Shown: positions 1-13,000 of the stretch, piece after piece
Layout: every line of letters starts with the position of its first letter
Position numbering within the stretch: the stretch's first letter is position 1
Assembly (NCBI GenBank): GCA_028534125.1
Contig: CM052837.1
Coordinates: 21,080,001-21,144,000, forward strand
DNA from: Lama glama
Taxonomy: Eukaryota
Direction: 5' to 3'
DNA: 64,000 bases
Program-made: the position numbers and the translations under genes
The notes under the pieces: generated by a model
Databases searched by the model: none
What the model was told of the DNA's origin: nothing
Seen by the model: only the letters and a program-made list of their open reading frames with translations

Positions 1-920
1 CTCGCCAGATTGCGGTGCCTTGCAGGCTGCAGTGAGGACACGGGATGGGGGGACTGACAGAGGCAACATTCCCTGGGTGACCTGCTCGTTGCCAGGCATC
101 TTTCCAGGGTGAGATAATCTCTCCTGAGAAGAGGAAAGAATTCTAATTATGTCTCAGGACAGTATTTGTTTGGAGAGACAGGCCATATGGTGGGGAACAG
201 TGCGGGGACGCATTGAGTGGGGATTTGTTTTCTCATTTATCTGGTAGGGTGGGGGGCAGGGGGTGGTGGGTAGGCTTCTGCTGGATCCAGGAAACTGCCA
301 GCTCGAGGATTTGGAAGGGGGTCCAGGCTCTGCTGTGGGGACGGGAGGCACGTGTGGCTCCCACCACACCCTGGGGTCCCTGAGAGAATGGAGAATGTAT
401 CACCCATTGGGGGCACCTACTAGGTATAGCCACAGGATGCTCTGGTCCCTGCCCTCACGCAGCTGTGACAGGCAGTGCATGCAGAAAACAGATGCATGAC
501 CATGACCATGACCTGGGCAGGTGGAGGGTTGAAGGAATGCTTACCCTGGTGGTCAGAGAGGACCTCTCGGAGGGGGTCAAGTGTGAACTGAGCTTTGAGT
601 GACTTGTCAGCCAAAGAGGGACCAAGGCAGAGCCATTCTAGGCCTTGGGAACAGGAGGGGCAAAAGTCAGGTAGGAAAGTGAGAAATGTTCACAGGACAG
701 AATGGAGACCGGGGGAGGTGGGCGGGGCCTGACCCCCAACCAGGCGCCGTGGGAGAGTCAGGGGAGGGTTCTGAGCAGGAAGTGGCCAGGTCTGATTTGG
801 TTTTACAAGAGGATACTGAATGCTGTGCATTGGGGGTGGGAATAACCCAGGGTGGGGGCAGCTGGAGAAATCTGGAAGAACTGATGAGGACGGCAGCTTC
901 CTCCCCAGCCTCCTGGCTAA

Positions 921-1541
<621 letters not shown>

Positions 1542-2039
1542 TAGAGCCTGTTTTGAGGGGCAGAAAGCAGAGCTGGGCTGAGCATTTGGGGTGGGTGCAG
1601 CATGAAAGGCCCTCCAAAGGGACAGAGTACCCCCCTTCTTGTACAGGTGGGGAAACTTGAGGCAAGAGGGACGGAATCTGGCTCCAGTTTATGAGGCAAG
1701 ATGGGTCTGGTGGCTCGCCGTCTCCAGGCCGCCCGGGCAGTTGTTTTGCAAAAAGGGCCTTGCAAATGTGGGGCAGCGCTGTTGCCAAGTTCCATCACGT
1801 GCTCGCTTGCAGTCATGCCCTTCCACAAACATGCAGACACACAAGGCACCCCAATCACAGCACAAGCATTCGTCTCTGCACAGGTGCATGCTCACACACA
1901 CACACACACACCCCATGGGGGCAGACGCTATCGGTGTCCCCATCCACATGCCAGGCAAGCACCATCCCCCGCTACCAGCCCCACTGCCAGTAGCCAACCT
2001 TCACAACACTGCCTGAAGGTTTTCTCTGGACAACAGAGT

Positions 2040-2355
2040 CTGCTGGCCAGCAGGGTAGGCTGGAGGAGTGCTCCACCAATGACTGGCAGGAGTTGGAGGA
2101 TAAATACCCCTGCTCCCTCACCCCTCAGTTGGGAGAAGTGAAGAGCGTTCTACGCTCTTTCCCTGAGGTGCCTGGCAGGAGTAAGTTCCCGTTGCCCGTG
2201 GTGGCGACTGGCTTGATGACATCACCGACTTCCTTCCCTCTTTTGTCTCACTCACTCACTCCCCTCCTCACGTTCCCAGGATCACCGCCCAGATAAACCA
2301 CTTGCACTTGAATCTTTGTCTCAAGGTCTGCTTCTGGGGGAACCCAAACTAAGAT
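2040..2355 (+). mobile_element. ERVL solo LTR fragment (LTR16-like)
   Basis: Ends ...ataaaccacttgcacttgaatctttgtctcaaggtctgcttctgggggaacccaaactaaga, the recalled LTR16 3' terminus. Confidence 0.7.
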
Positions 2356-3051
2356 TCTCATTGTTACACTTGTGTATACACAAATATTGTGCAAACTCAT
2401 ACATAACTGCCCACCTGTTCACATATGAACACATACGTGACACACCCTCACACACAGGCACACTCACATGTTCTTGGCATGTTCCATGAAATGGCCTCTA
2501 ACATATTCACAAGTATGTTTTAAACTCATCTAGCTCCCTGGGGTGTCAACTCCCAGCATGCTGGCTTAGAGGACCCCCAGTAGTCAGAAAGCCCTTAGGC
2601 AAAGAGTTGAAAGCACATGCAGCGGGAAGCCTCGGGGGTTGGCTTGCAGGGAATGGCATGTGGGCAGGGCTCCGACAGCATGTGCTGCAGACACACCTGA
2701 AAACACAACACACTGACAGACAGAGAGACGGAAGTGTACAGACACTCCTACAGACACAACAAGCCAAATCACATGTTTGCCTGTTTGCACACACCCACCC
2801 CAAAACAGATCTCCAGATACCCTGCATAGCTGAATTCGGAGCATGTCCACAGTCAGTTTTACAAACACCTCCTTTATCTTCCTTTGCTCTGACTCACCCC
2901 ATCCCCCGTGCAGACACAGAGCTGAGGGAGCCCCATCTCCATGGTCCCCAGAGCGTCACCCGCCATCGCGAGGAACTTAGCTGTTGCCCATATCCCCACC
3001 CCGTGATGCTAACGCCTTGTCTCTGCTTTCTCCACCCTCCCCTCCCAACAG

Positions 3052-3102
3052 CTAAAAGCATCTCAGCAGGAAGACGCAGGGAAGGACGCCACCAAAATAA
3101 GT
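3052..3102 (+). CDS. VSTM2L: VSTM2L 51-nt coding exon (exon 3)
   Basis: Pyrimidine tract plus caacag|CTA at 3051/3052, donor ATAAGT|gtgagt at 3102/3103. Encodes LKASQQEDAGKDATKIS, phase 0-0, in frame with both neighbours. Confidence 0.93.
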
Positions 3103-5974
3103 GTGAGTTCTGATAATGGCTTCTCATAAGAGCGCTAATGGAGGACACAGCTGTAATTTGAAAAAAAATAAACAAAAAACAAAAACCAAAATTGGTCCAG
3201 TTCAGCAGGGAGCTTGGGCAAGAAGATGGAGGAGAAGGAAAAAGGAAGGAAAAAAAATGTCCCTGCTCTGGTTTTTAAAAGCCGGAGATTTTTCAAGTTC
3301 ATTGAATGACAGGCGCAAACAAATGACAGGGGGAGAGAAGACACATTCTCTCCTGTCGGGGCCAAGGCTGTGTGCATCCCTGACGCTTCGTGTCTGTCTC
3401 AGCAGCATTTTTTATTTGGGGAACCAACAGGGTCTAATGAGACTGAGCCGGCTTTTTTGGGCCCGTCACAAATGACTGCTGCGGCATCTCATGGTCACTT
3501 GGGTCACCCGGCTCCGGCGTGAGGTGGGACAGGGGAATTGCAGCCACCAGAGGACTTCAGGACTGGCCATGTCTCCTAATGCAGGGCCTCATTTTATTGT
3601 TGCCACATCGCTAGAAGGAAGGGCAAGTGTTGGCCTATTTCACAGGTAGGGCCACTGAGGCTTAGAGGGGGCAAAGCCTTGCTGGAGGCCGTGACTTGGC
3701 TGAGCTCCCTCAAGCTTTCTGTCTCCAGGCTATGTGGGAGTCCGGTGAGGCGGGGCACCCAGGGGACTCAGGGAGGGACAGCTTTTGTAGAGGAGGGAGC
3801 CCACAGCAGGGCCTGGAAGAGGCGGGCAGGAGAAAGGAGGCGAAAGGGGTTGAGTAGCGGGGACCGGCCTGGTGGCACCTGTGGCCTTGGGACCAGGCTG
3901 GCTCTGTGGGTGGGGTATGTGGTCGTTCTGGCAGGAGGCTAGAAATCCAGCAGCCACATGCTCAGAAAATGCAGATGCCCTCAGGGGTATGTGTAGGAAT
4001 GACCTCCGAGTTCACTCTTGGCTGCTGCTCCTTCCAAAGCTCTTCAGGGACCGTGGGGGAGCTCAGGACCCCAGGGCCAGTTAGACACAGATGCACAGGG
4101 CAGCGCCCGAAGCAGAAGGCACGGTGTGAAGAGGGGGCACCGGGAGGCATGCGGTGTCATGCAGAGCGGAGGAAGGGAGGCCAGGGTGGGGGAGGGAGGC
4201 TCCCGCAGAGGCTCAGCCAGAGGTGGGCAGATGACAGAACAAGGGCCTTCAAAGCGTCATTTGTGCCATCTGCCCCGGGCCTTTCTGAGTTGGGGGTCTG
4301 GGAATTTGAACCATTTCCAGTGCAGGGCAGCTGCTGATTCCCCCACCCCGTACCCTTGGCCCCTAACTCTCATCCTCTGCCAAAGGTACAGCCATGCGTA
4401 AATCCTGTTTCTTGCCCAAACACCCACTGGTTAAGCCGGGGCGGGCAGAGATCTGGGTGTGTATTAATATACCCCCTTCACAGCAACTCTCTCGCCGATG
4501 ATTTTGTTTGGGGTTTAAGGAGCATCTCAGGCAAAGGAGAGAATAATCTAATTGACTTAGAGGATTAGAATTCGAGGCTGCTGGGCCCCACGTGAGGGGA
4601 ATGCAAAGATGTTACTTAGTTAAATAAAATAAAAGTGCTCTGTGTGATTGTGCAATCACCCCCCCCACGCCCAGCCCCCGCGATTCCTGCACCAGATGGA
4701 GCTCTGGGGGTCTGGTTAGGAGACTCACAGACAGGCAGAGACCTGGCTCCTCATGCAGACAGTGTCACACACGTGATGCCTTAAGTACACGGAAGTGCAG
4801 CCAGCAGACCTGTAAGCAGGGCACAGCCCGCATCCTGCAGCCTAGGAGAAGGCGTGAACTTTTCCCTGTGGCTTTCGAGGTTCTGTGTGACTCACTCTGC
4901 TCCCGCTCCGGGTTGTCTCATTTTGCCTGACCTGGCTCCCCTTCTCCCGACCCTGGCTGCCTCCCGTCTTCCATTCCTTCCCACCTCCTGGCGTTCACAC
5001 AGCCCAGTCCCTCTGCCCAGAAAACCGTTCCTCCCTCTTTCAGAGCTGAGCTCAGCAAGCCTCCCTTGACCCTGTGACTCAGCCGGTGCCCCTTACTTTT
5101 CCCTGCTGGCTGCATTTCTGTCTGCACATCCATGCGTGTGAGCATGTTTCATGCCGGTCTTCCCTGGAGACAGTGGGGCTGGGGCTGTGCCTGCCTGATA
5201 GACTGTTACATTTCCAAGAGCCTGGCACAGTGCCTGGCAAGTAGTCAGTGCCCAATAAATATTTATCAAAAGACTGTCACACACACAAACACACCGAGGC
5301 CAATGGTGGTGTAAACCCAGACACAGATTTTGATACACAGACATGCAGACATGCCAACATGATGTGCATTGTGCCTGTACGTGTATGTGTACAGGGGATG
5401 TGAAGCCATAAGAGGCTTGTGGGAGCCAAACTGTGCAGTCTACCGGCTGGGCGGCATCAGCACTGGTGGGGGGGGTCTCAGGTTTTGGGGTGGAAGTACA
5501 GTCAGTTTCCAGGAGCTTGGTGAGGGCAGGGCTCTGTGATGGGCTCCGTGACCTCTTGGGGCCACCGTGGTAGCCCTGGGAAGGTTCAGAGCAGCCATGC
5601 TGAGTGCGGGGCAAGCTTGTGAGGATGCAGGGGGGCCAGTACTGAACATCCCAGGAGCTGGGTCCTGGTCCAGCTCTGCCCCCTCCCTGCACCTCTCACC
5701 CCCCCAACCCCCTCACTGCTGAAAACACTTTGGAAACTGTAAAGGCCTCTGGATTTGGCTGCGTGAATGACAGTGGTTACTAGAGTGGAAATTAAACATT
5801 AATTTGCAAGTCACATGACTCCTATTCCCAGCTTGGGGTGGGGGCGGTGGCTGGAGCAGGGAAGGGAGGTCCAGGCTCTCTGCTGGAAATGGGAGAGGGA
5901 ATGAAAAGAGCTCAGAATCTCACAGGGAGATCGTTTATGTGGGAGGACAGGCATCTGTGATAATAATAATAATA

Positions 5975-6058
5975 AAATAATAAAGTAGCTCACATTTATT
6001 GAGTGCCTGCCATATGTCAGGAGCCACGAGGAGTACTTTGCATGAATTATCTCACTTA
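5975..6058 (-). mobile_element. MIR fragment with adjoining (TAA)n
   Basis: agctcacatttattgagtgcctgccatatgtcagg...actttgcatgaattatctcactta. Confidence 0.6.
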
Positions 6059-7029
6059 CCTGGGGGCCTGGGGAAGGCCTTAGACACATCTCCCTTGGGA
6101 GCTTGTATACGATGAGGATTCCACATCAGGGCCTCATTCCTGTGGCTCAGGCGAATTCTTCTGCTTATGGGCATTTTCCAGTTCTGGAAGTTTTTCTTTT
6201 GACCTAACCGAAGTTTTCTATTTTAGAATTTAGATGAATTTCCCCTTAGCCAGTGTTGCAAGTAGAGATGCTCCCTGACTTCCTAATTTTAAAATAAAGT
6301 GAAATTCTCCACACACACACCTTCTTTCTCAGGGGGCTCACCTGCCTTCATTGCTGTTAGTCCCTCCTTTGGTCTAACCAGAGTTGTTTGTGCTGTAGAT
6401 TCAGTTCATGTAACCTGTTTCAGTCCGAAACGGCCTTAGGCAGACTGAGTCCGCATATACGTGTAGTCCAGTGCTCTGGCCTGCTCATCCTAACCCCTGC
6501 CTCCTCTCCAGCCAAGCCCTAAAAGCCAGGTACAGCCAAAGAGGCCTCAGGACTCGTGTTGCAGCCCCCACCCCCAAATCTCCATAAACAGTGAAAAGGC
6601 AACAGCATTTGTCAGATCGATCAAATGGTCCTGTAGGTCAAGCCCCTTCCTGCCCCGCCTGGCTGCCCCATGAGTATGGTGCACATATAGACACCACATG
6701 TTTTCTGGGGACGGGGGAGTTGAGGCTGCAACCATGACAGCAAGCAGCACACGAGGCCTGCGTCCTTCATGAAGGATTAACAGGCCAACTGGTGGGTCAT
6801 GGTGTACGGTGGTTTTATTTTTTTGCAGTGGATGTTTCTGTATTTTCTTGAAATTTCTGCAGTGATCTGCAGTATACATAGGGCCTGGAATTCTGAAGTC
6901 TGAAAGGGAGGCAAGACTCCCATGGAGTCAAAATCACTGCATGCCTCTTGGAAATTCTCTGAAACATCCACGGAGCAGCCAGCCTTTGGCTGGCGGCCTT
7001 GGAGATCACTCTGTGAAGGCCTTGGACGT

Positions 7030-7770
7030 ACACACCCAGTCCCTGCTCTCAGGGTGCTCCCAGGGGAATGGACATTAACCCAATAATCACACGTGATAAA
7101 GAGTAAAATTACATCTGTGACCCTCCCTCAAAATGAGAAGGAGAGCGGCTGGTAACAGAGGACCTGAGCTCGTCTGGGGGCTCTGGAGGAGGTGCTGTTT
7201 GAAGTGAGCACTTGAGTGTAGAGCGGCTGACTAGGAGTAGGGGGAACTTCTTTGGCTGTGTGTGTTGGAGGGACTGCTGGAGGCTGGTGTGGCCGAGGGG
7301 AAGGCGGGGATGAGACCCCAATGTTTCCCCCCACGGCCATTGCAGGGAGCCATCAAAGGAAGTGTTCTAGGTTGGGGGCATTTTGGAAAGATCTGTCTGG
7401 CCGCCCTGTGAGAATGAATTAGAAGGGGCCAGAGTGGCCTTCGGGACACCCGGCAGGAGGCTGTGGTGCTGACCCAGATTCGAGAAGGGGGGGCATTGCT
7501 CTGGCCAGTGCAGGGAGGTGTGGATTCTGGGGAGAAGGGGAGGGGCCCAGTGACGTGCAGAGAGCAGATGAGTGGGACTCAGAGATGGATTGTGCCAGAG
7601 TGTGGAAGGAGCGATGGGGATGACGACTTGGGAGGGTCTGGCTGGAGTGGGTGAGGCCTCGTGGGGCTCAGATTTGGGGAGACTCTGAGTTGGGTTCTGG
7701 ACATGCCAAGGGGCCGGTGAGCTGGCTGGGTGTTGCTGACGGAGGCATGAGTACAGTGGAGCTCAGAGCA
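7030..7770 (-). mobile_element. Degraded L2 fragments
   Basis: L2-like blocks such as ggaggaggtgctgtttgaagtgagcacttga, cattttggaaagatctgtctggc and gagttgggttctggacatg. Confidence 0.55.
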
Positions 7771-8384
7771 AGCCTCTGCCTGGGGTGGGGACCATCTGAG
7801 CCCTGTTCCCCACCCAGCACCTTACTAGGGCCACCATCTCTCTCTTGGGGTGAGGCCACATGTACAAAAGATTTGGCACCATGGACGCAAATCAGCACCA
7901 CTCACTCTTCCTGGCATGACTCAGGAGAGAGATCCCAGCCTGCCCACCCGATGGTCTGTGGGCCCCTGCCGTGCCCAGAAAGGCCTGGGCCGTGGGCAAG
8001 CAGGGAGGAGGCTGAGCTTGGTCGTGGTGTGGACTGGCCTTGTCTCTTTCAGCGTAATTAGGTGCTTAATTGCACTGCTAAGGCCTGTCGATGCCTGTGC
8101 CGAGGTGATTATGATTTATAGCCAGGCCGCTGCGTGGGGGTCTCTTCGCCTCATAGCCTCTCCGGTTGTGCTGGAGGGCTGGGCTGCAGGATTTTTCTGC
8201 CCAGTTTGTGAGTGATGAAATCCAACAGCCTGCTCCGCCACCCCCAAGAAGCTGCTTCTGAAGAGGGGCTGGGGTCCCCCAAGACATGGAGGTGAGGGGG
8301 CCTAGGGGATGATTAGGAAGTGGGTGGAAGGACAGATCTGTGGTTTACTGGTCCTGGGAGGCCCCCCCAGAGATGTGGTTAAGT

Positions 8385-8580
8385 AAGGCCTGGTCTCTTG
8401 TCACCAGCTGGGTGGCCTTGGGCAAATCACTTCACCTCTCTGAGCCTCATTTCCTGACCTATACGATGGGTGTCCTAGCAAGGCCTACATCCCGGGGTTA
8501 TGGTGAGGTTTAAATAAGGTGTAGGACGCTTTAGCACGCCATCTCACCGCGATCACCCGCTCCGTAAACACTAGCTACCA
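8385..8580 (+). mobile_element. MIR
   Basis: Core ggccttgggcaaatcacttcacctctctgagcctcatttcc. Confidence 0.7.
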
Positions 8581-10599
8581 GCACGACTGTTACCCTTGTT
8601 ACTGTTTTTATTATTTGCCCTCTCCGGATGGTGCTTAAAGGCACAGACCCCTGGGGCTGGGAGGGAGCAGGGTCCGCTGTGTGTCTTCTTCCTTCCTCCG
8701 GTTGGAGGACGGCTCCAGGCCTGGGTTCTCCAGTAGACCTGGAGCCCATGCGGGCGTTGCTGGGATCCCCACTCAGAACGGACACTCGCTAAATGTCCCT
8801 TGAATCAGTGGATGGATCTAGCCCGAGAAAACCGAGGCCTGGGTGCTGGTGACTTGTCAGGTCGGTACCCAGCCTCCCAGCCCCGCCCTTCTCTCTGGAC
8901 GGGGAAGGTCACGCCTGTGCTGGCCGAGGGGCCACAGGGTGGGAGGGAGAGAGCGGCTGGAGGTCTCAGCCTCTGGTCCGGGGCTGGGAGGAGGTGGGCT
9001 GAGGGGTGGGCCGTGCTTGGTGCTCCCTCCCCAGCGCTGCTCCCAGCGCTTCGCATTATTACCCCATTAGCGCCTTGTAGGGTTGACAAATGAAGGATAA
9101 TTAATATCCGTGAGGGAAACAGATGTTGAGGTAATTTGCTCCCCGCTGCGCATTTGCAACAGCATCTCCTAACTCGCCTGAGAGCGTGGTGGGGCTGCAG
9201 GACCTCTCCATGCCCTTGGGCAGAGGTGGTGGAACCATCAGGGCTGGTGGCCTCCAGCTAGGCCCAGCCCCAGGACTGGGGAGGGGGTGTCCCACACCCA
9301 CCAGGGCAGCTGGAAGAGTGTCCCACTGCTTGCTGTTGGGAAGTTCTGCCTCTGTCCCACCTCCCGCCCCCTGCTGTGCCATCAGTGTTTTCCTGCTTCC
9401 TGGAGGATGATGACCACCGAGGAAAGCTCAGAATACGGAGGACGAGCCAGGCTCCCTGCTGCTGCCCACCACCCTCTTCCCTTCTGGAGCCTGGGAAGCC
9501 CCCTGCCAGCTCAGAGTGACCCCATCTGGAGGGTTAGAGTGCATGGAGGCAACCTGGGTTCAGTTCCCTGCTCTGCCACTCAGACTCAGTGTTCAAGGGA
9601 AAGTCACTTATTTCAGAGCCTTAGCTTCACCATCTGTAAAGTGGGTATGATCATGTGTATTATTAGAAAGCATGATATCTGGGGACCATTCATTTGAAGA
9701 AAGAAGGAACTTGAGTGAGTCCATTCACTCAAAAAAATGTTTTTATTGTTATATCTTATTTACAGGGTACCAAGCTCTGTGATGGTCATTAAAATGAACA
9801 AAATAGATATCATCCCTGCCCTCATGGAATTTACAGTTCAGCCAGAGAGAAACAGAAATCAAGTCAGCAGACAAATGAAAGATTCTCAAATTGTGACGAC
9901 TGTTAGGGAAGAAATAAGCAAGGAGGCGGGGTGTGCATGAAGGCTTCTTGGAGGAAGGGCCAGGGAAGCCGGGGCAGATTAGTGGGGTGATTACAAGTCA
10001 CGTGTGAGTGCCCAGCTGCACAGTGAATGCACCCCTTCCCCCCAAGACAGTTCTCTTTCTCCTGGCCTCCTCACTGCAAGGCTGATCAGCAGAGGCACCC
10101 CGCCCTCCAGGATTTGGGGTGTGGCAAGAACAGGCAGGCTGGTTGTCTTTCCCCATCACCTCCCCTGCCCAAGGGAGAGAGACCAGTAGGGCTCAGGCCT
10201 GGGACCACAGGTCAGAAGTCCACTCAGCTCCTTCCTGGCCCTCTGAGCCTGCAGTGCCAGCTGGCGGTGAGATCACTGGGCAGGGTGAGCAGCTGGCAGC
10301 TGGGGACTCTTCTCCCCTGTTCTGTCGAGGTGGAGCGGGGACTACAGGAGGTGGGGCTGGGCTCCTCTTGGCTCTAGAAAGAAGGAGCCAGGGAAGGATG
10401 GAAGTCCCCTTCCATCACCATACCCCAACACCTCCCTTTTTTTTTTTTAAGCTTTTTACTTGAATTGCAGACTTGTAGAAAGTTGCAAAAAGAGATCACA
10501 GAGTCCTCTTTCCCCTTCACTCAGCTTCCCCAATGATGTATTTTCTACAACTGTCCAACTGCTTTTCCTCTCTAAATTGAAAAAAAAAACTCATGGTAG

Positions 10600-11010
10600 C
10601 TTTATGTTTGTGGCATATTTATTCATAAGCATTCTAATCTGAAAACTACCCAAATGTCCATCAACAGGTGGCTGGATAAACAAATTGTGATATATCCAGA
10701 CAATGGAATACTATGCTGCAATAAAAAAGAACAGACTGAGTATTGAAACATGGAGGAATCTCACTGATATTATGTTGTGTAAAAGAAGCCACACATGAAA
10801 GAGTCCAAGGACAGGCAAAACTAATCTATGGTGATAAAAATCAGAGTAGTGGGTAACACCATGGGATGAGTATTGACCAGGAAGGGCCACAAGAGTGTGC
10901 TCCAGAGAGCTGTAAATGCCCTGTGCCTTGCTCCAGATGGTGGTCACAGTGACATACACGCAAGTAAAATTTCATTAAACTGTGTGCACCTTACTGTATA
11001 TAAATTAAAT
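10600..11010 (+). mobile_element. Old L1M 3' end
   Basis: caaatgtccatcaacagg...atggaatactatgctgcaataaaaaagaa...aggcaaaactaatctatggtga. Confidence 0.8.
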
Positions 11011-11621
11011 TTCAAGTAAAAATTTTAAAACCCACTCAAATAAATAAATGAGCAGAAAGCCAAAGTACAAACATAAACATTACACTTTTGCTCCCCCCAC
11101 AACTGGAGTGAACAGTTGTTAGTATCCTGACATATCTGTGACCAGCCTCTACCTTTTTAGAGAAACAAAGCTAAGAATAGAATTCACTTTGAAGTCTACC
11201 CCAGGTCCACGGCCCTCCCCTGGGCTCCACCTCAGAGACAACACTGCTGTGAGGCCACTGTGTTTCCTTCTGTCTACTCTCAAACATGCACACACACGTC
11301 TCCAAAACCAGTGTGGGGTATTTTCATGTGTTTCTTTCCAGAAATGGCACCACACTGTAGTTTTGCAGTGAGATCTTTTCACTCCTTGTGTGCCCCTGAG
11401 CTCTAAGACACCCAGTGCTAGCTCATTCTTTTTCACTGCTGTGCAGTATTCCACAGACTGAACTACTTCTTATTTACCCAGTCTGTTGATAGACTTAAGT
11501 TGGTCTGCTTGTTTGTTGTTGAATTCCGAGAGCCTGTGGGAGTGTCTCTCAGGCCCCACCAGAGTGGGCTCTTGCAGCGGAGGCTCCGCCGGTCAGGTTA
11601 CCGTCTCTCTGTCGCCCCCAG

Positions 11622-11894
11622 GTGGTCAAGGTGGTGGGCAGCAACATCTCCCACAAGCTGCGCCTGTCGCGGGTGAAGCCCACGGACGAAGGCACCTACG
11701 AATGCCGTGTCATCGACTTCAGTGACGGCAAAGCCCGGCACCACAAGGTCAAGGCTTACCTGCGGGTGCAGCCGGGAGAGAACTCCGTTCTGCACCTGCC
11801 CGAGGCCCCGCCCGCCGCGCCCGCCCCGCCGCCCCCCAAGCCCGGCAAGGAGCTGCGGAAGCGCTCGGTGGACGAGGAGGCCTGCAGCCTCTAG
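11622..11894 (+). CDS. VSTM2L: VSTM2L last coding exon (exon 4): rest of Ig domain, Pro-rich linker, stop
   Basis: Acceptor ctctctgtcgcccccag|GTG. Encodes VVKVVGSNISHKLRLSRVKPTDEGTYECRV...KELRKRSVDEEACSL* and contains the V-set D-x-G-x-Y-x-C motif. Confidence 0.96.
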   Translation: MVKVVGSNISHKLRLSRVKPTDEGTYECRVIDFSDGKARHHKVKAYLRVQPGENSVLHLPEAPPAAPAPPPPKPGKELRKRSVDEEACSL

Positions 11895-13000
11895 ACTGAT
11901 GCCACCCTGCCACCGGCCCGCCCCGCGCCCCTACGGCTGTACCGAGTGCATGAGGAGCCGCTGGACCGCTGGGGACGGGGCTGCCTGGGTCCAGCTGCCT
12001 CCCCATCCCCGAGACCGCCCGTGGCCCCCACGCCGGCCCTGCGCCCACCCCTTGGCTCAGCATGTAAGCCCCTCCCAACCCTTCCCCTTTAGACCCTCGC
12101 GGTGACCTGGCTCGGAGAAGGTGGTCCGGGGCACCAAGGGGACAACCGCCCCGAACGCTGGGGTGGGGCACTGTGCCGGGGCCAGGCTGCCCCCTTTCTG
12201 TCACCAGCTTCAGTAGAGTCCAGTGTTTCGCTTGCTTGCTTGTCCCCCATCCTGTCCCAAGCCAGGGCCTCCCAGCCTTACTCTGCCTCCCAACTACCCT
12301 CCCCTGCTTGGACCTGGGGGGTGTGGACAGTGACTCCTCCCCAGATTTGGACTTGAATCTTCTGAGCAGAATTAGGGCCTGTCCTCTGGTGAAGAACTGA
12401 GGCACCGAGGCCCCAGGAGAGCCGTTGGCAGGGTCGCTCACAGGGGCCCTGGGAGGAGAGGGAGACCCCCCACTGCTCCTGGGCCCTTCACGTTCCACTC
12501 CTTACACTGAGACAGCCCCTGTCCCACCCACGGGGAGGCAGGCGACCAGGAATCTGCCGCTTCACGTGGCAAGTCGGAAGGAGGGCCTTTCCCCTCTGAT
12601 CCCACGGTCCCAGGCAGTTTCGCACCAGCAGGACCCCTTCCAGGGTCTTCGAGGCTCTCCCAGGATCCCCCCTCTGCCAGCTCCTAACGTCCCAGCCCCC
12701 TCCCAGGACCCACGCCAAACCCACCCAAGGGCCTGGGGCTGTTGGGAGCCAAGGGCCCCCCAATCCAATCCCCTCATAATTCCTGATCGGGGGGCACCCA
12801 CCTCCTGGCGATTTGTAAATATTTCTATTGGCCCAGCACCCCCTCAGAACTGGCTCAACTCTCTGGCCACCCCTCAGCGATGGAGTTGGGGGATATGGGA
12901 GAGGCTGAGGGCTTTGCCTAGGGGTGTGTGGGTAACCCTGAACACATGATCCAATCTGTGACTACCAGCCAACCTGAATAAAGCGGTTTAAAAAAAACCT
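11895..13000 (+). other. VSTM2L: VSTM2L 3' UTR
   Basis: GC-rich non-repetitive sequence between the TAG stop and AATAAA at 12977. The end is approximate. Confidence 0.75.
12977..12982 (+). terminator. VSTM2L polyadenylation signal
   Basis: First AATAAA after the stop, followed by a GT/T-rich downstream element (gtgtctttctgg...atttgtgt). Confidence 0.8.

Noticed and set aside
247-270. G-quadruplex-forming G runs
   Set aside because: Such runs are common in this GC-rich region and nothing indicates function.
11749-12498. 249-aa minus-strand ORF
   Set aside because: It is antisense to the GC-rich VSTM2L last exon and UTR, has low-complexity P/G/R/A composition and no domain. Long ORFs are expected in such DNA.
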